Positions 11,837-24,249 of a DNA stretch of 64,000 nt are shown one piece after another. The stretch lies in contig CM120642.1 in the NCBI GenBank assembly GCA_051362555.1, positions 15,872,001 through 15,936,000 of the forward strand, written 5' to 3'. The notes beneath the pieces were generated by a model. That model worked only from the letters and a program-made list of their open reading frames with translations, did not search any database and was not told where the DNA came from. The stretch comes from Lingula anatina (lineage: Eukaryota > Animalia > Brachiopoda). Position 1 is the first letter of the stretch. Each line of letters starts with the position of its first letter. The position numbers and the translations under genes were made by a program.

Positions 11837-12435
11837 ATTTTTTTTAATAAAATGGAGAGAAAAGTCTAATTTATTCGTATCCTTGATTCCTTATATATAG
11901 AGGGTCCGGGCACGTGTACATATAACATAGAGTACACCCTCTATTTAATTCCACAGGTAAGGGTGAGCCTGACGTAAGTGGGTTAAAATCTAGGGTAAGG
12001 CTTACATGTGCAAATGGGAACCGGACTCTCTATAATGGGGGACTCTCTGTCATGTCACACTGGTTTCATAAAATGGTTAAACTCGAATGTCTGTCCCAGA
12101 AAAGAGTCACTCAGGTCACACCCAATAGATTTCCAGTTCAGAAAGATAAAAAAGCCTTTGAACTATGCTCTTGGTGCAAATTACGCTTGTCTGTTAAGTT
12201 AGAGTAGAGGCAAGGGCTCAGGTTTATGGACACGAAGTCTCCCCTGGATCCGCCTTGATGATACTTTTCTCACCCATTTACTATTGAAAAAGTAATTAAT
12301 TCACCTATACCGATTCAAGAAATACTAAAATGCGTGTGTTGGGGAGGGGGTAGCTTACTTAGCACCATTTCACAAGTATTGACATCACTAATTGATGAGA
12401 GAACTTAATCGTATTTAGAAAAAAAATCCATCCTG

Positions 12436-12437
<2 letters not shown>

Positions 12438-12508
<71 letters not shown>
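12438..12508. repeat. (TA)n microsatellite in intron 2 of copy A
   Basis: About 35 TA units; the paralogous site in B (~28715) is much shorter. Confidence 0.95.
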
Positions 12509-12513
<5 letters not shown>

Positions 12514-12876
12514 TTTAACAATAGAAAATTAAATAGTTGAAAACAATAAGGGGTTTGATACATATGTAATAATGCTGTAATGTATAATTACACACACACG
12601 TGTATTTCAATAACTGTATATAATTGCCGTTCATAATCATTCTCAAATAAGAACTGAATTGCCTGAGTTTCATCTGTGGTCAACAGAGGTCTAATTTTAA
12701 ATTACATGCTACTGCAAATTGTTCTTTTAGATTTCAGTGGAATTTCAAATAGTCAAGATAGTAGATTTACGTACGTGTAAATACTGCACTAATCCACGCA
12801 AAAGAAAGAGAGCTGGACCAAGAATTTCCCTTTTTTCCTTTTGATTTTAAGACACGGATATAAAAATAAAACCTAC

Positions 12877-13004
12877 CTTCGAACCTTCACTTGAGTTTTC
12901 CGTTTGCTGACAGAGGTAAGAAGCCTCCTCTCTGGCGAAGGCATCGTCCACATTGATAATGGACACAAAGGAAAATGGGTCGAAGGCAAAACTGAATACA
13001 TCTG
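12877..13004 (-). CDS. Receptor copy A, exon 2 (128 nt)
   Basis: TTTTAG|CA acceptor and AAG|GTAGGT donor; phase 1 to phase 0 joins exons 1 and 3 in frame (DVFSFAFDPFSF..AREEASYLCQQ); conserved in all three copies. Confidence 0.85.
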
Positions 13005-13242
13005 CTAAAATATCAACACAATCTATCTTGAAAAAAGTGTACTTCCCGTCGTTTTTATAGTTATTCTCATAGATTGAAAGTATAAGCAGGTACCAATTGG
13101 TACCAAGAATTACCACGTCATTGAGTTACATTCGTTGAATTATATTTACTTTAAGGTCTTGAAAATTAATTGTTCACCCATAAAACTTTAATGCTATTAA
13201 TGCAGTTATGTAATGCACTAAAAGACAGATAAATTTACTTAC

Positions 13243-14428
13243 GTTGTTTGGGACAAATGTTCGCTGCATTGTAAAACAATGGCGAATTACATGACAGGCA
13301 AAAGTAATTCTTATATTTGACACCTAACGACACCGCTAAGTTGCTCGGGCCTTCAGTGCACAATAGTCGCAAATTTTCATAGGGTATTCCTGTTTCCCAC
13401 CATTCCACCGACGTGCTACGATTACTGGTTGGGCATGTAGCCCATCTGTGCCCGTGTGTACCGCAAGGATGCGACGCTGCCAGTCTTGGCGCAGAAAAAT
13501 AAATGTAGCAATCTGGGATCCTCAGCGCTTTTGTTATCACCTCCTCGGCTGTTGATGAATTAAGGATATAGTCCGAGCTGTCTGTTCCGCAATTTATTGC
13601 CGGTTTCCAAGCTTCATATTGTGTAATATTGTGGCACCTTGCGCAGTAGACGTTCTTGAACGTCAATTGAACATTTTTAGCGTAAACTGGGGTAGCCCGC
13701 AATGTGAAATCTTCCGTAACATTCTCATCTCTTTCGCATTTTTCTCTTGTTATGTCATCTGGCCAGTGACTTGGACATGACGTCACAAACCAGAAATGAT
13801 CCGTGTTTTCATCTGGTAGCTTCAGCGGACGACGTACGCAGCTCACTTGGTCCATTGTCACGTTAACATCAGCGTCAGGTCTCATGTCAATGAAGTCACA
13901 TTGACTTTGTGGCCAGCAACAATCTTCAAACAATTCACATAATTTGCCACACGAGCAATGCACTGTGACGAACCGGTGAATTATTTCGTTCATAAGGCAA
14001 GCAGGGGTGTTTGGCTTGGGAAGTTGTAAGTTCGAAATGTTGGCGATCGTCCCAGCTAAGTCGAAGAAATCCTTTTTAATGTCTGTGAAATTAGTGTTGT
14101 AAAGGCGGGCTGTCGATGTGGTGTAATCAGCATTTAACAAATGTCTCCCGACATGTGCTGGGCTGTTCGAAAATTCACTGACTCCATCTTCCTGTGTTTT
14201 GGTTCGTTGCAACCTCATGGCTTGCCAAATGTCGAGGCGTCTTTTACAGTTGGGTCCCAATGCTAGCTCAGATGCATTTTGACTAGCATCTTGCTCGGTG
14301 ATCAGTTCTTTGAGTTTTTCCTTATCCGATGACAGCAGCATTGATTGTACATCTAACTTGTTTGAGTCTTTTTTCAGCGCAGAAGAAGATCCACGTAAAA
14401 GTAACAGAAACAGGCAAACGCAGAGCAT
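13243..14428 (-). CDS. Receptor copy A, exon 1: signal peptide plus somatomedin-B-like/Cys-rich ectodomain (whole protein 975 aa)
   Basis: Hydrophobic N-terminus MLCVCLFLLLLRGSSS; CSCGKLCELFEDCC; repeated (F/Y)KN..C..C modules; donor C|GTAAGT at 13243. Confidence 0.9.
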
Positions 14429-15559
14429 GGTGTTCTATTCAATAAATATGATATGAAATCGTCAACATCTATGAAAAAGATGATTCTTCACCCACTCGAG
14501 TTTACTCTAACAGGTCCTTTTTCACTTTCATGCCTGTGGACTTTCTTAGCTACTCTTATGCATGTGTACGACTGGTATTTATACTAAAAAACCCACAAAT
14601 TGACAGAAGGAAGACACGCCTTGAAATTTGTTTTCGAACTTCAATAGGAGGAATTAGCCAACCAATACCAATGCTTTTTAGACGTCATAAATACCGCTGC
14701 TCCGCATAACATTCCAAGCAAGGTGCGTACATGTAAATTGGACTGCAGGAATGAAAGGAAAGGAATGGAAGTGTTCCAACTTTTATCTTGGACTGTCAAA
14801 TCTCAAGGTTTGTGTCTGAAAAGTCTCCAATTAATACTCAAAGGTTTTAATTGGAATGAATAACATCACCCCCAATTTATAAAAGTATTTATCAAAATTT
14901 GCTATGTTAAGTAAGAATATATACTCCTGGGCTGACTTTATAAGAATTTTAACAACTATTTCGCTAATGTTTTACGTTCTCATGCATAATCGTAGCATAT
15001 AACTGTATCAAATATTGAACTCAGATTTTTATTGTTTCAAGTTACAAATACACGTTTATTCAAATAGGTTCAAAATTACGCTAAACTTTCGGCAATATTT
15101 GTGATTAATGAAAATGAATATCATATGGATTTTTTTTCATTTTGGTATCATGAATACACCAATTTTTGGAGAATTATATTATTCTTTACAGATTAAAATC
15201 TATTTGTAACAAACAAATCGAACTGTTCTAACACTTCCAAACATGATGCGAAAGAACACTAATGATTGTAAGTAAATATTTGTAAAAAGGTGAAAAATAC
15301 ATGGCTACTGGAGATTTATTTATTTTAAAGTTATGGCATTCTTCCAATGTTTTATTTTTGTGATGCTCAAGCTAGCATGTTGACCTAACGAATATGCGAA
15401 AATGAAGTATAATCCATGTATGTTTGGATAAAAGTGTCAGAACAGTGTAAAATGTGCTGATTGCAAAGCAGCAAATTTGGTATCAGTTCAAAAATGAAAA
15501 AGTTTATAGTTTGAAGGTAGTGTTCAAATTCCATCGAAGTGAAAGCCTCAATTATTTGC

Positions 15560-17380
15560 CATATGACCTTCCAAACTTGCATAACTAACAAAGAGGGGGT
15601 TGTTTTCAACCTATCTGTAGAGAAATAGAAACAAATGACATCAAAAAGCTTTAAGAGAGTTCTAATTCCAAGGAAAGCCCTCATAATTTGTGGATAATTT
15701 CACGCAAATGACGTTCCATATTGCGTGCAGAGCAAAGATAGGGTTGTTTACGTGCCTTTTTGCCTTTATCTGGCACTAAATATTTTCCATTTAAATATAA
15801 TTTTTGAACCACCTTTCTTCTCTGATGATATCCAATCTACAAAGAAAATTGTATTACATCACTTAAATAGAGGTCTAATTCCATCAGTGAGAAGCAAAAC
15901 GCTTTTTAGGATTTGACGATTTGGGACAAATGACGTTATTTTCAAAATTTACAAAGAAGATTGAAGATGATAGTCGGGTAGCAAGGAAAAATCTCTGTCA
16001 CGCACAGATATTGTACAAGCACTTAAGAAAGTGTGGTTAGACGGTATCTAATTGGTACTTATTAATAAAGATTCTGTATCTAATTGGTACAGAATCTTTA
16101 TTGTTTTTTTTTCCACAAAGCAAATATTTAGATATCTTAGTAATTTGGTCTAACAACTGAAAAAAGTTAAACTGTCAATTGATTTTTAAGTGCATTTGCA
16201 ACAAAGTTGAATTTTGCTCAAGGCTAGTCTAGGCTATTAGTATTTAAGCTAATCAGACACTGCAATCTTGTGAATCATATTTTTGTAAAGAAGTAGTTTA
16301 CAAAAAGAAAGGTGATAGTCTCAACAGTTATTCAAAGGGTAAGTAGTCTTGGAAGGATGATGAGAAGAAGAATTTACTGAAGTTTCCAGAAAATTCATTT
16401 TTTTCATACAGGTATCCCTTTGATGAATTCACTGACCCTTCCTTTCTCCTCTTTCATTGCGTTGCCTGCATTCAATCCCCAGGTAAAAGTAGGGTAAACT
16501 GATTTAATCATTCGTCCTTGTATTCCTTTGATGAATTAATTGTCATTTTTAATTTTTTTCTCCATTACCAATTACAAATAAAAAACTTTTATTCCCTGGT
16601 CATTGTCAACTTTTAAGTAATTTGATGATTTTACATAATACACCCAAAAATTCTAATGCAGTGCTTGGAAATGTATTTCGAAAATATCTCAAAATGTTCA
16701 ATTTTTTCATGTTTTTCTTAGAATTACCATTTAAGTATTATAAATGAAGCATCCTGTTCCAACTAATCGATTGGTTTGCCATATAATCTTGGAAAGTTGC
16801 TTAACTAACAAAGGAGTTGCTTTCAAGCCTCCTGTTAATTTTTTTATATAATGATAGAAGGATGTTACTTTCCTGATAATAACCTTTCTTTAGAGAAATC
16901 GAAACAAATGACATCAAATAGCTTTAAGAGAGTTTTAATTCCACCAGTGAGAAGGAAAGCACTCATAATTTGTGGATAATTTCACACAAATGACGTTCCA
17001 CATTGCGTGCAGAACAAAAATAGGGTTGTTTACGAGTTTTGGAAAGGGTAAGTAGTTTTAGTAGGGTGGAGAGAAAAATAAATTACTGAAGTTTCCAGCA
17101 AAATTAATTTTATCATCCAGGTATCCATTTGATTAACTTACTGGCCCTTTTAATTCCCCCCTTTCATCACGTGGTCTGCATTTAATCAAGGTGTATCTCC
17201 AGGTAAAAGTGGGGTAATCTCATTCATTCACGAATCCTTTTGATAAACTAACTGTCAATTTTAATTTTTTTTCTCTGCTTCTCCATGACAAAGAAATAAA
17301 CAACATTTTATTCCCTGGGCATTGTCAACGTTATAGTTACGCTATGATTTATATTACACCCAAGATTTTAATGCTAACTC
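15560..17380. repeat. ~1.2-1.3-kb tandem repeat, about 1.5 units upstream of copy A
   Basis: Marker GTGGATAATTTCAC(A/G)CAAATGAC at ~15690 and ~16972; homologous to 31790-41220. Confidence 0.85.
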
Positions 17381-20300
17381 GAAAACTTTCTTGGAGTGGA
17401 TATATTGTATTTCGTTGCAGAAAACTATTGAAGAACTTCTGAAAACTCGCAAAAACTGATATAAACTGATGTGAACTAAAATTGAATTAAACATAAAACA
17501 ACATGGTCCGGGGAGACCCGTGTCGCTGAACTGAAATGTGAGGGCGGGAGTTCAACTTTATACCTGTGTGTCATGTAACACTTGAACACATTTCACTACA
17601 ATACTATGATATATTCCAACTTGTTACTACTGCACGCGTTGCAGTTACAACAAATGTACCATCCTGTTCCAACTACTGGATGCAAAAAAAAATATCATCA
17701 TTATTATTATGGTAGTATTGGTTTGATTTTCTAAAAAATGACATGCTATGTAGATAAAGTAAATAAACAAAATTTGCATCAAACATTTGTACCATCTAAT
17801 GATTTATAAACGGCTCCATATCGACCGCAGTCGACCATCTGCATAATTAGATTTCCAGACCGTGCCGTCCTCCATAAGACAGGCAAGCTCGGTTGAGTTC
17901 TCTAAACCAGTGTCCTGAAGGCACGTGGAGGTACATGTGTACAGCAGAAATCTACTTGGTGTCTCTTCTGTGTGACGACACAAATGGCCGGAAGCCCTCA
18001 ATGTGATCTCTTATTTTTTTTTATCTTACTTTGACCTCTTAAAAGTGGTGACTTTCGGGATATCGCAATGAGCCCCCAATGTTTGCCATCCATGCACCAA
18101 GATATTTGAAGCCATATATTTAAGGTTACCTCTCAGGTCTGTTTATGCCCAAGCTCCCTGAATCTTGTAATTAATAGCCAATATATTTGTTTTTTATTCA
18201 TTTTCTGTCTTATATTCAGTATAATAGTCAGGATAATTGTGTTTTAGTGTGTGAGTGTGTGTGTATGCGTGACGGCTGAAACGAGTAGGTTATGCAGTAA
18301 TTACTTGAAATATGTGAATTTTTTTTTACAGATTCTGTATATTTGAGTCATGATTCCTTAAAATGATACTTTTTCTAATGAGTGATATCTCATTTATCTA
18401 CGTCGAGTCAAATGGTGTGCCAGAACTTTGGCATGGCCACCAGCCAACAACAAAGAATGGTACTGTTCTGAAAGGAAAGCGCGGGCTCAGCACTGTCAGA
18501 AGTGATGGACGCGTAAAACCCAATATAGACGTGTAAATATTTAATGCACAGATCAGAAACTATATTTGAAAATTGAGGGTCCCACATGGAGTAAAAAGAA
18601 ATAATTCATCGTCAAACCTCAAGAAGGAACATACGTTAATGTCACAAATGGAAAAGTTTCAGCTGCGGAAGTGTACGTTTTACTAACTTTGATAATTCCA
18701 TCAGCACTGGTTTTGATCTTTAATTGATTCTCTACATGTATAACGTTGTAAAAACATGATAATCTTCTTATTTTGAGCGGAACATACGTTACCCAAAATC
18801 GCCATCAAGCTTCTTACTAGTACATAATGATAGACATGTATGTGGCTATTTTTATGGCTGGTTTTATGCTATTAACACATCCAGCAAGCCGGTATTAAAC
18901 AAAATTTATGACTGAATACAAAAAAGTTTTGTAATGAGGTAACATACCTTCTATTTACATCAGTTATAAGGAAGACGGTAATTTGTTTTCGACTACTTCA
19001 ATCATTCTTGCTATTAAATTTTCCAAAGGTGTAGATTGATTGCATGCAGAAAGCGATAAGTTGCGTAGAACATGTTATGATCAAAATGTTGTTGGTCAGC
19101 ATGTTTTCCTTAAAATCGACCACATCGTTAGTCTTTTTTTATTTTGCGTACACTGTGGTTTCTTTTTTCTCGACTGCGAACGATAAGGGATTGAATGCGC
19201 TTTAACCATGTCCTTCACGTCTGAATCACTTCCTTTAGAAAAAATTAATTATGCACAAAATTCACATTTATTACTTTTTAATCGTACAGTTCCTGTTGGT
19301 ACACAGTGTAACCTGGCCAAAAACAGACCGATGTGCTGTCTCATTATGCAAATGTATGGGCTATGGCTGTGTTTAAGTTCTTGTTCTCAGTTGGTCATCA
19401 GTTCAATGTTCAGCTTTTATGACTTCTCCTTTCTTTTGTGCTGTAGCGAACTGAACTTAAGTGACATATATAAATTGTACTTTCTTGAATCAGAGAAGTT
19501 TTGAAAAATGATGATTACCGAAAAAAAAACATCGGTGATAAATAACTTGTCCTGTTGTTTCTTAGAGTTTTTTTAAAGTTAATATTTGACCTTTCATTGG
19601 GTCTTTCGAAAAATGTGAAGCTTGGGCAACTCTGCTTGGAGCAAAGAAACCAGAGCTTGCATGGTTAACACTTGTGAAAATGCATAGATAGATTCACAGT
19701 TGCAATATGAGTTCATGCAGCATTTGCAGACACAGATTTTTATGAAACCGAAATTAAGTTTTTCGAGACAAAAGATCAGATATTTACAATACATAGTAAT
19801 TTATTCAATAAAATAAGACAGTGGTATAATCACCTCTATTTCATCAATGAATTTTTCTAACTTAAAATCTCATAAGCACTTTAATCTAGTCTCCTTCCTT
19901 CAATAAATTTGTTGGATCATTCTTACGAATAACATTATTTGAAAAACAAAATGCAAACTGATCAATCATTGTAATTATCTTTTTTCAAACAGTGTTCAAA
20001 ACAAAGTTGTTTCAAATAAGTACCAAATCGTAATGCCTGAGTCGAGTACTTTTAGTACCCACAGTCATATTAATATCCATAAAAGAGACATCAGAAGAAA
20101 TTTAGGTATAGCTTAAACACGTGCAATAAAATCAATGTTAATACAATAAGCGCCACTTGAAAATTGCGCAGAGTCCATCAGCCATTAGCACATTATATAG
20201 TTCCAAAATATGATTTATGTAGCCAAATGTTTACAAGCACAACAAAGCTCTGTATTTGCTCAAATGTAAATAAGGTAAGGTCCATATGACTGAAAATTGT

Positions 20301-21892
20301 CAAGATTAATTAAGAAAAAATGTGAAACAACAAAAGCTTTTGGAGCAAAATGTTCGCACAAAAGAAAAATAAAGCCCCCCCCCCAAAAAAAAAATAAATA
20401 AATAAACAAGTAAATAAATAAAATAATATGATACAAAGTTACATAAATGGAGGATAATCAAATAACTTCATACTTAATAACTACCATAATATATATTAAC
20501 TAAAGTGTAGGTTAACGATTGCAACCAACATTGAAAGTTAGACAACATTATGAAAAATACCTGAAAGAAAAAAAGCTATTGGAGCAAAAAGATGTCTGTT
20601 GGGAAAGGGGAAAGGTGGACTGGTCGCTTGTCAGTCAACAAGTGACCTCCATTAGCTGCAAGTCTTGGGGAGGGGGGGGGGAGAGAAAACCGTGGGTGAG
20701 TTTAGGTAACACCTAGCCCTCTCCCCTAACTCGTATTATGCTTGATCACAAGTGTCTCGCTTATGTTAAGTTGGATGATCATGCTGTTTTTTTCCGAAAC
20801 ACTTGGTTGCCAGCTGGAGGGTTTTCATTGAGCGCGTAAACTGCAGGCGAGTCAGAGGTCAAAATTTTCCCTAATAACCCCTTTCAACTCTCTCACTACA
20901 TCATAACTTCTACGTAGCTCTAACAATTAATTTCCCTTTTATGATTCTGCTGTAATATTGAAATTTCATCCTTGTCTGGGCAGATTTAAAAATGGTCTAG
21001 GTCATAATTAATAAAATTAAAATCTGAATGGACTTTAATTTGGCCTAGTCCAGTTTAAAAGCTAATTGGATTTCGATCAGGCCTGCGACACACACATAGA
21101 CACGCACACATAAAGCAATAACATATATTATATTGTTCATGTCAGAATATCATTGTGCATTCACCAATAGATCATGTATTTGTTAGATCATAGCCATTGT
21201 ACTAGGTGTACTCGAATCAATAAAGTAATAATAATAATTTGCTCGCTGGCGTCAGCGTGCACTACGTGTATTTAATAGTAATGATAATAATTCATTTCTT
21301 AAAACAGCACTAAATAAGTTTCTGAGTGCTGCTTACAAATATATCTTAAGCAAACCGTACAACACAGAATTATTAATAAACAAAGACTAACCTAAAACTA
21401 ACAGAAAAGAAATATAAGCTTAGAGAGACAAAATAACCACAAGAGCCTTTAAATAAAGAAAATTTACACTTAAAGAAGAGTACGCTACCGTTAAAAGGCA
21501 CATTAGACCTTTATGCAGCAAACTATTCAAATTTCTTAAAAGTTTCAACAATTTGCCCATTATCAAACAGGCATATCGTGACTTATATGTTGAGATATAT
21601 CACAATTACGTTTTATAAAGCCGTTTTCAAGTACATAGGACTATATATTTTTTACGTTATGAATGAAAGTCACCAATCTCTATCTCCATAAAGAAAGTGA
21701 CATAATACTCGAAAATTAATTTATTGGCAGTTATTTTTTCAAATATTTTGGATATGCATTGTTGAAAAGGCAATTACTCAGGATTTTATGTTATTGAAAG
21801 ATGTAACGCTCATTGTCTTCAAATGGCCTTTCCATTCTTTTTACATGGTCATGTTCAGCGCTAGTGGTGCTGTCAAATGACCTTTTTATTTT

Positions 21893-23506
21893 CTATTCGT
21901 GGTCATGTTCAGCGCTAGTGGTGCTGTTGCGTCCTTTAGCAATAACTTGCACGTAATTCTTGAAGACAAGACTGACCACGATCAAAGCGACCCCTTGAAT
22001 GCAGTTGCATCCTAACATCAGCATGCAGTAGTCATTAGTCTGGCTGTAAATTGACAGACCCACGAAAACTACACCTAATGCCTGAACTAAGGAACAGACT
22101 GCACTCACAGATGCTAATCTGCAGCTATCCATATAACTTTTGTGAGCGGACGCGGCACACCTCTCATCACGCAGTACACGCACCAACCGCAAAAACATCA
22201 CTACATTAAGAAAGACAGCTACAATAGCAAGGCAGGCCATAAGAAGCATATAGCCATTCAAATCTGTAAAGAAGCATGTGCCTTGGCTATATGAAACACT
22301 AATGAATGGTTGTTCTCTTATTTCAAAAAGAAAGCCAAGTGAAACTATCAAAAGTGCAAATGCGTAACTGATCGCGGTACATATCGATAGGTGTCGCTTT
22401 GTGTTGTGCGTCAACAGCAGACGAGACACGACATTGTGATAAGCATGGTAGGACATAACTGGTAGCCAACAAAAACTTATCAGCCAAAAGAAGTGAGCGG
22501 ACATTGTAATGTACGTTAATTCTGACGAACTATTTGTGTTGCTCATCATTTCTTGTACAAACAGGAAAAGTTGAAATAAAAAGCAAGTCACAAACTGGTG
22601 TAAGATGACTCTACTTGCAATGTTTTTGTACCATCTCAAATATCCGTGTATGCCAATGTTGCCCAAATACATACACAGGGTAGATATTGGCATGGCCCAT
22701 CGGCGCATCATTTCCCGTGAGAAAGAGCTAAGGAGAGTGTGATTTTTTGCAGGCCTACTTTCGTGGACCACACCTTTGGAGTAATCTGACAAAAAATCCT
22801 TAATTAAGTGCGAGCAAACGAAAGCTGCGTCCTTCAAAATTGTAACTTCACTTGCCTGTACCTTAGTGATAGTTCTAGCATGTTGAAACAAGTATACATT
22901 TTCTCTGAAATGTACCGAAATACTGCTGTTCAACAGAATTTTAACTAACAAACACGGCAATTGTCTCACTGCTTCATTGGAATTAAAGAAAAGAAAGAGA
23001 CTTTTCAAGTCAGACGTAAAGTCGACCATTTGAAGGGCATGGGCATTACTTATAACCTTCGGTGTTAGTTGGCTACCATTGACTGTGGTTTGGAATTCAG
23101 GTGTGAGCAAATAATGAGAAACATCCTCTCGAAATGCCCTGGCAGCAGAGATGACGGAATCATAGGTGGTGTGCACTCCTTTTGGCGTAAATGACATCTT
23201 GAGCAACAGTCCCATAATTGACACATCGGACAAATGGAAAGCTAGCTCGCAATTCATATTAAAAACAACTATCTTGCCCCGCAAGTGCTCGTTTGTTTGA
23301 AGAAGTCTGAAAAATGCACGTACCCTTGGGACACAAAACGAGTGCTCTGATATCTTTCCAGTCACACTTTGATAGTCGGTGAATGTGAAATAGATATACA
23401 AGTATAGTTCCACGCCCATCATGTTCTGGAACAGTTCTTGCCTAGAGCGACATCTGTCGCTTTCGGCACCACGAAGACAGTTTAATGTTTGAAGATTGCA
23501 GCTTTC
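21893..23506 (-). CDS. Receptor copy B, exon 3 (7TM)
   Basis: TTTTCAG|GAA acceptor at 23506, open to stop at 21893; nearly identical to copy A exon 3. Confidence 0.9.
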   Translation of the reverse strand, partial: ESCNLQTLNCLRGAESDRCRSRQELFQNMMGVELYLYIYFTFTDYQSVTGKISEHSFCVPRVRAFFRLLQTNEHLRGKIVVFNMNCELAFHLSDVSIMGLLLKMSFTPKGVHTTYDSVISAARAFREDVSHYLLTPEFQTTVNGSQLTPKVISNAHALQMVDFTSDLKSLFLFFNSNEAVRQLPCLLVKILLNSSISVHFRENVYLFQHARTITKVQASEVTILKDAAFVCSHLIKDFLSDYSKGVVHESRPAKNHTLLSSFSREMMRRWAMPISTLCMYLGNIGIHGYLRWYKNIASRVILHQFVTCFLFQLFLFVQEMMSNTNSSSELTYITMSAHFFWLISFCWLPVMSYHAYHNVVSRLLLTHNTKRHLSICTAISYAFALLIVSLGFLFEIREQPFISVSYSQGTCFFTDLNGYMLLMACLAIVAVFLNVVMFLRLVRVLRDERCAASAHKSYMDSCRLASVSAVCSLVQALGVVFVGLSIYSQTNDYCMLMLGCNCIQGVALIVVSLVFKNYVQVIAKGRNSTTSAEHDHE

Positions 23507-24249
23507 CTGAAAAAAAAAATATACGAAAAAAATTATATTTTAAAAAAAGTATATACAAATATATATATATATATATAGCAGGAGCCGATGTGACGAAACT
23601 GAGGGTCCGGGCACGTGTACATATAATTCTGCAGGTAAGGGTGAGCCTGACGTAAATGGGTTAAAATCTAGGGTAAGGCTTACCTGTGCAAATGGGAACC
23701 TGACTTTCTATAATGGGGGACCTTTTGTCATGTCACACTGGTTTCATAAAATGGTTAAACTCGAATGTCTGTCCCAGAAAAGGGTCAATCAGGTCACACC
23801 CAATAAAATTCCAGTTCAGAAAGATAAAAAAGCCTTTGAACTATGATCTTGGTGCAAATTACGCTTGTCTGTTAAGTTAGAGTAGAGGCAAGGGCTCAGG
23901 TTTATGGACACGAAGTCTCCCCTGGATCCGCCTTGATGATACTTCTCTCACCCATTTACTACTGAAAAAAGTAATTAATTCACCAATACCGAACCACGAA
24001 ATACTAAAATTGCGGAGTTGGCTAGCTTACGTACTTAGCACCATTTCACAAGTATTGACATCATTTATTGATGAGAAAACTTAATCGTATTTAGAATAAA
24101 GCAATCCATCCTTAGTCCGGTGGTTTAAGGAAAAAATCGTGACACGGCGGATAAAAGCACTAAATTTTGCATGTTGGTACCTTTTGACATACTAAATCAA
24201 ATTAGAGCCGTAGCCCACGTTTGGCCAAAAAATCCAAAATGACCGCCAA

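Noticed and set aside
10039-14428. The 397-aa and 509-aa ORFs as two separate genes (secreted ligand plus receptor pair)
   Set aside because: The ORF stop lies inside a GTAAGT donor conserved in all copies, and a phase-compatible middle exon joins them. An unspliced secreted isoform remains possible but has no support here.
17790-18000. GC-richer island with a 65-aa ORF
   Set aside because: No recognisable motif, convincing splice context or termini; probably a repeat fragment.
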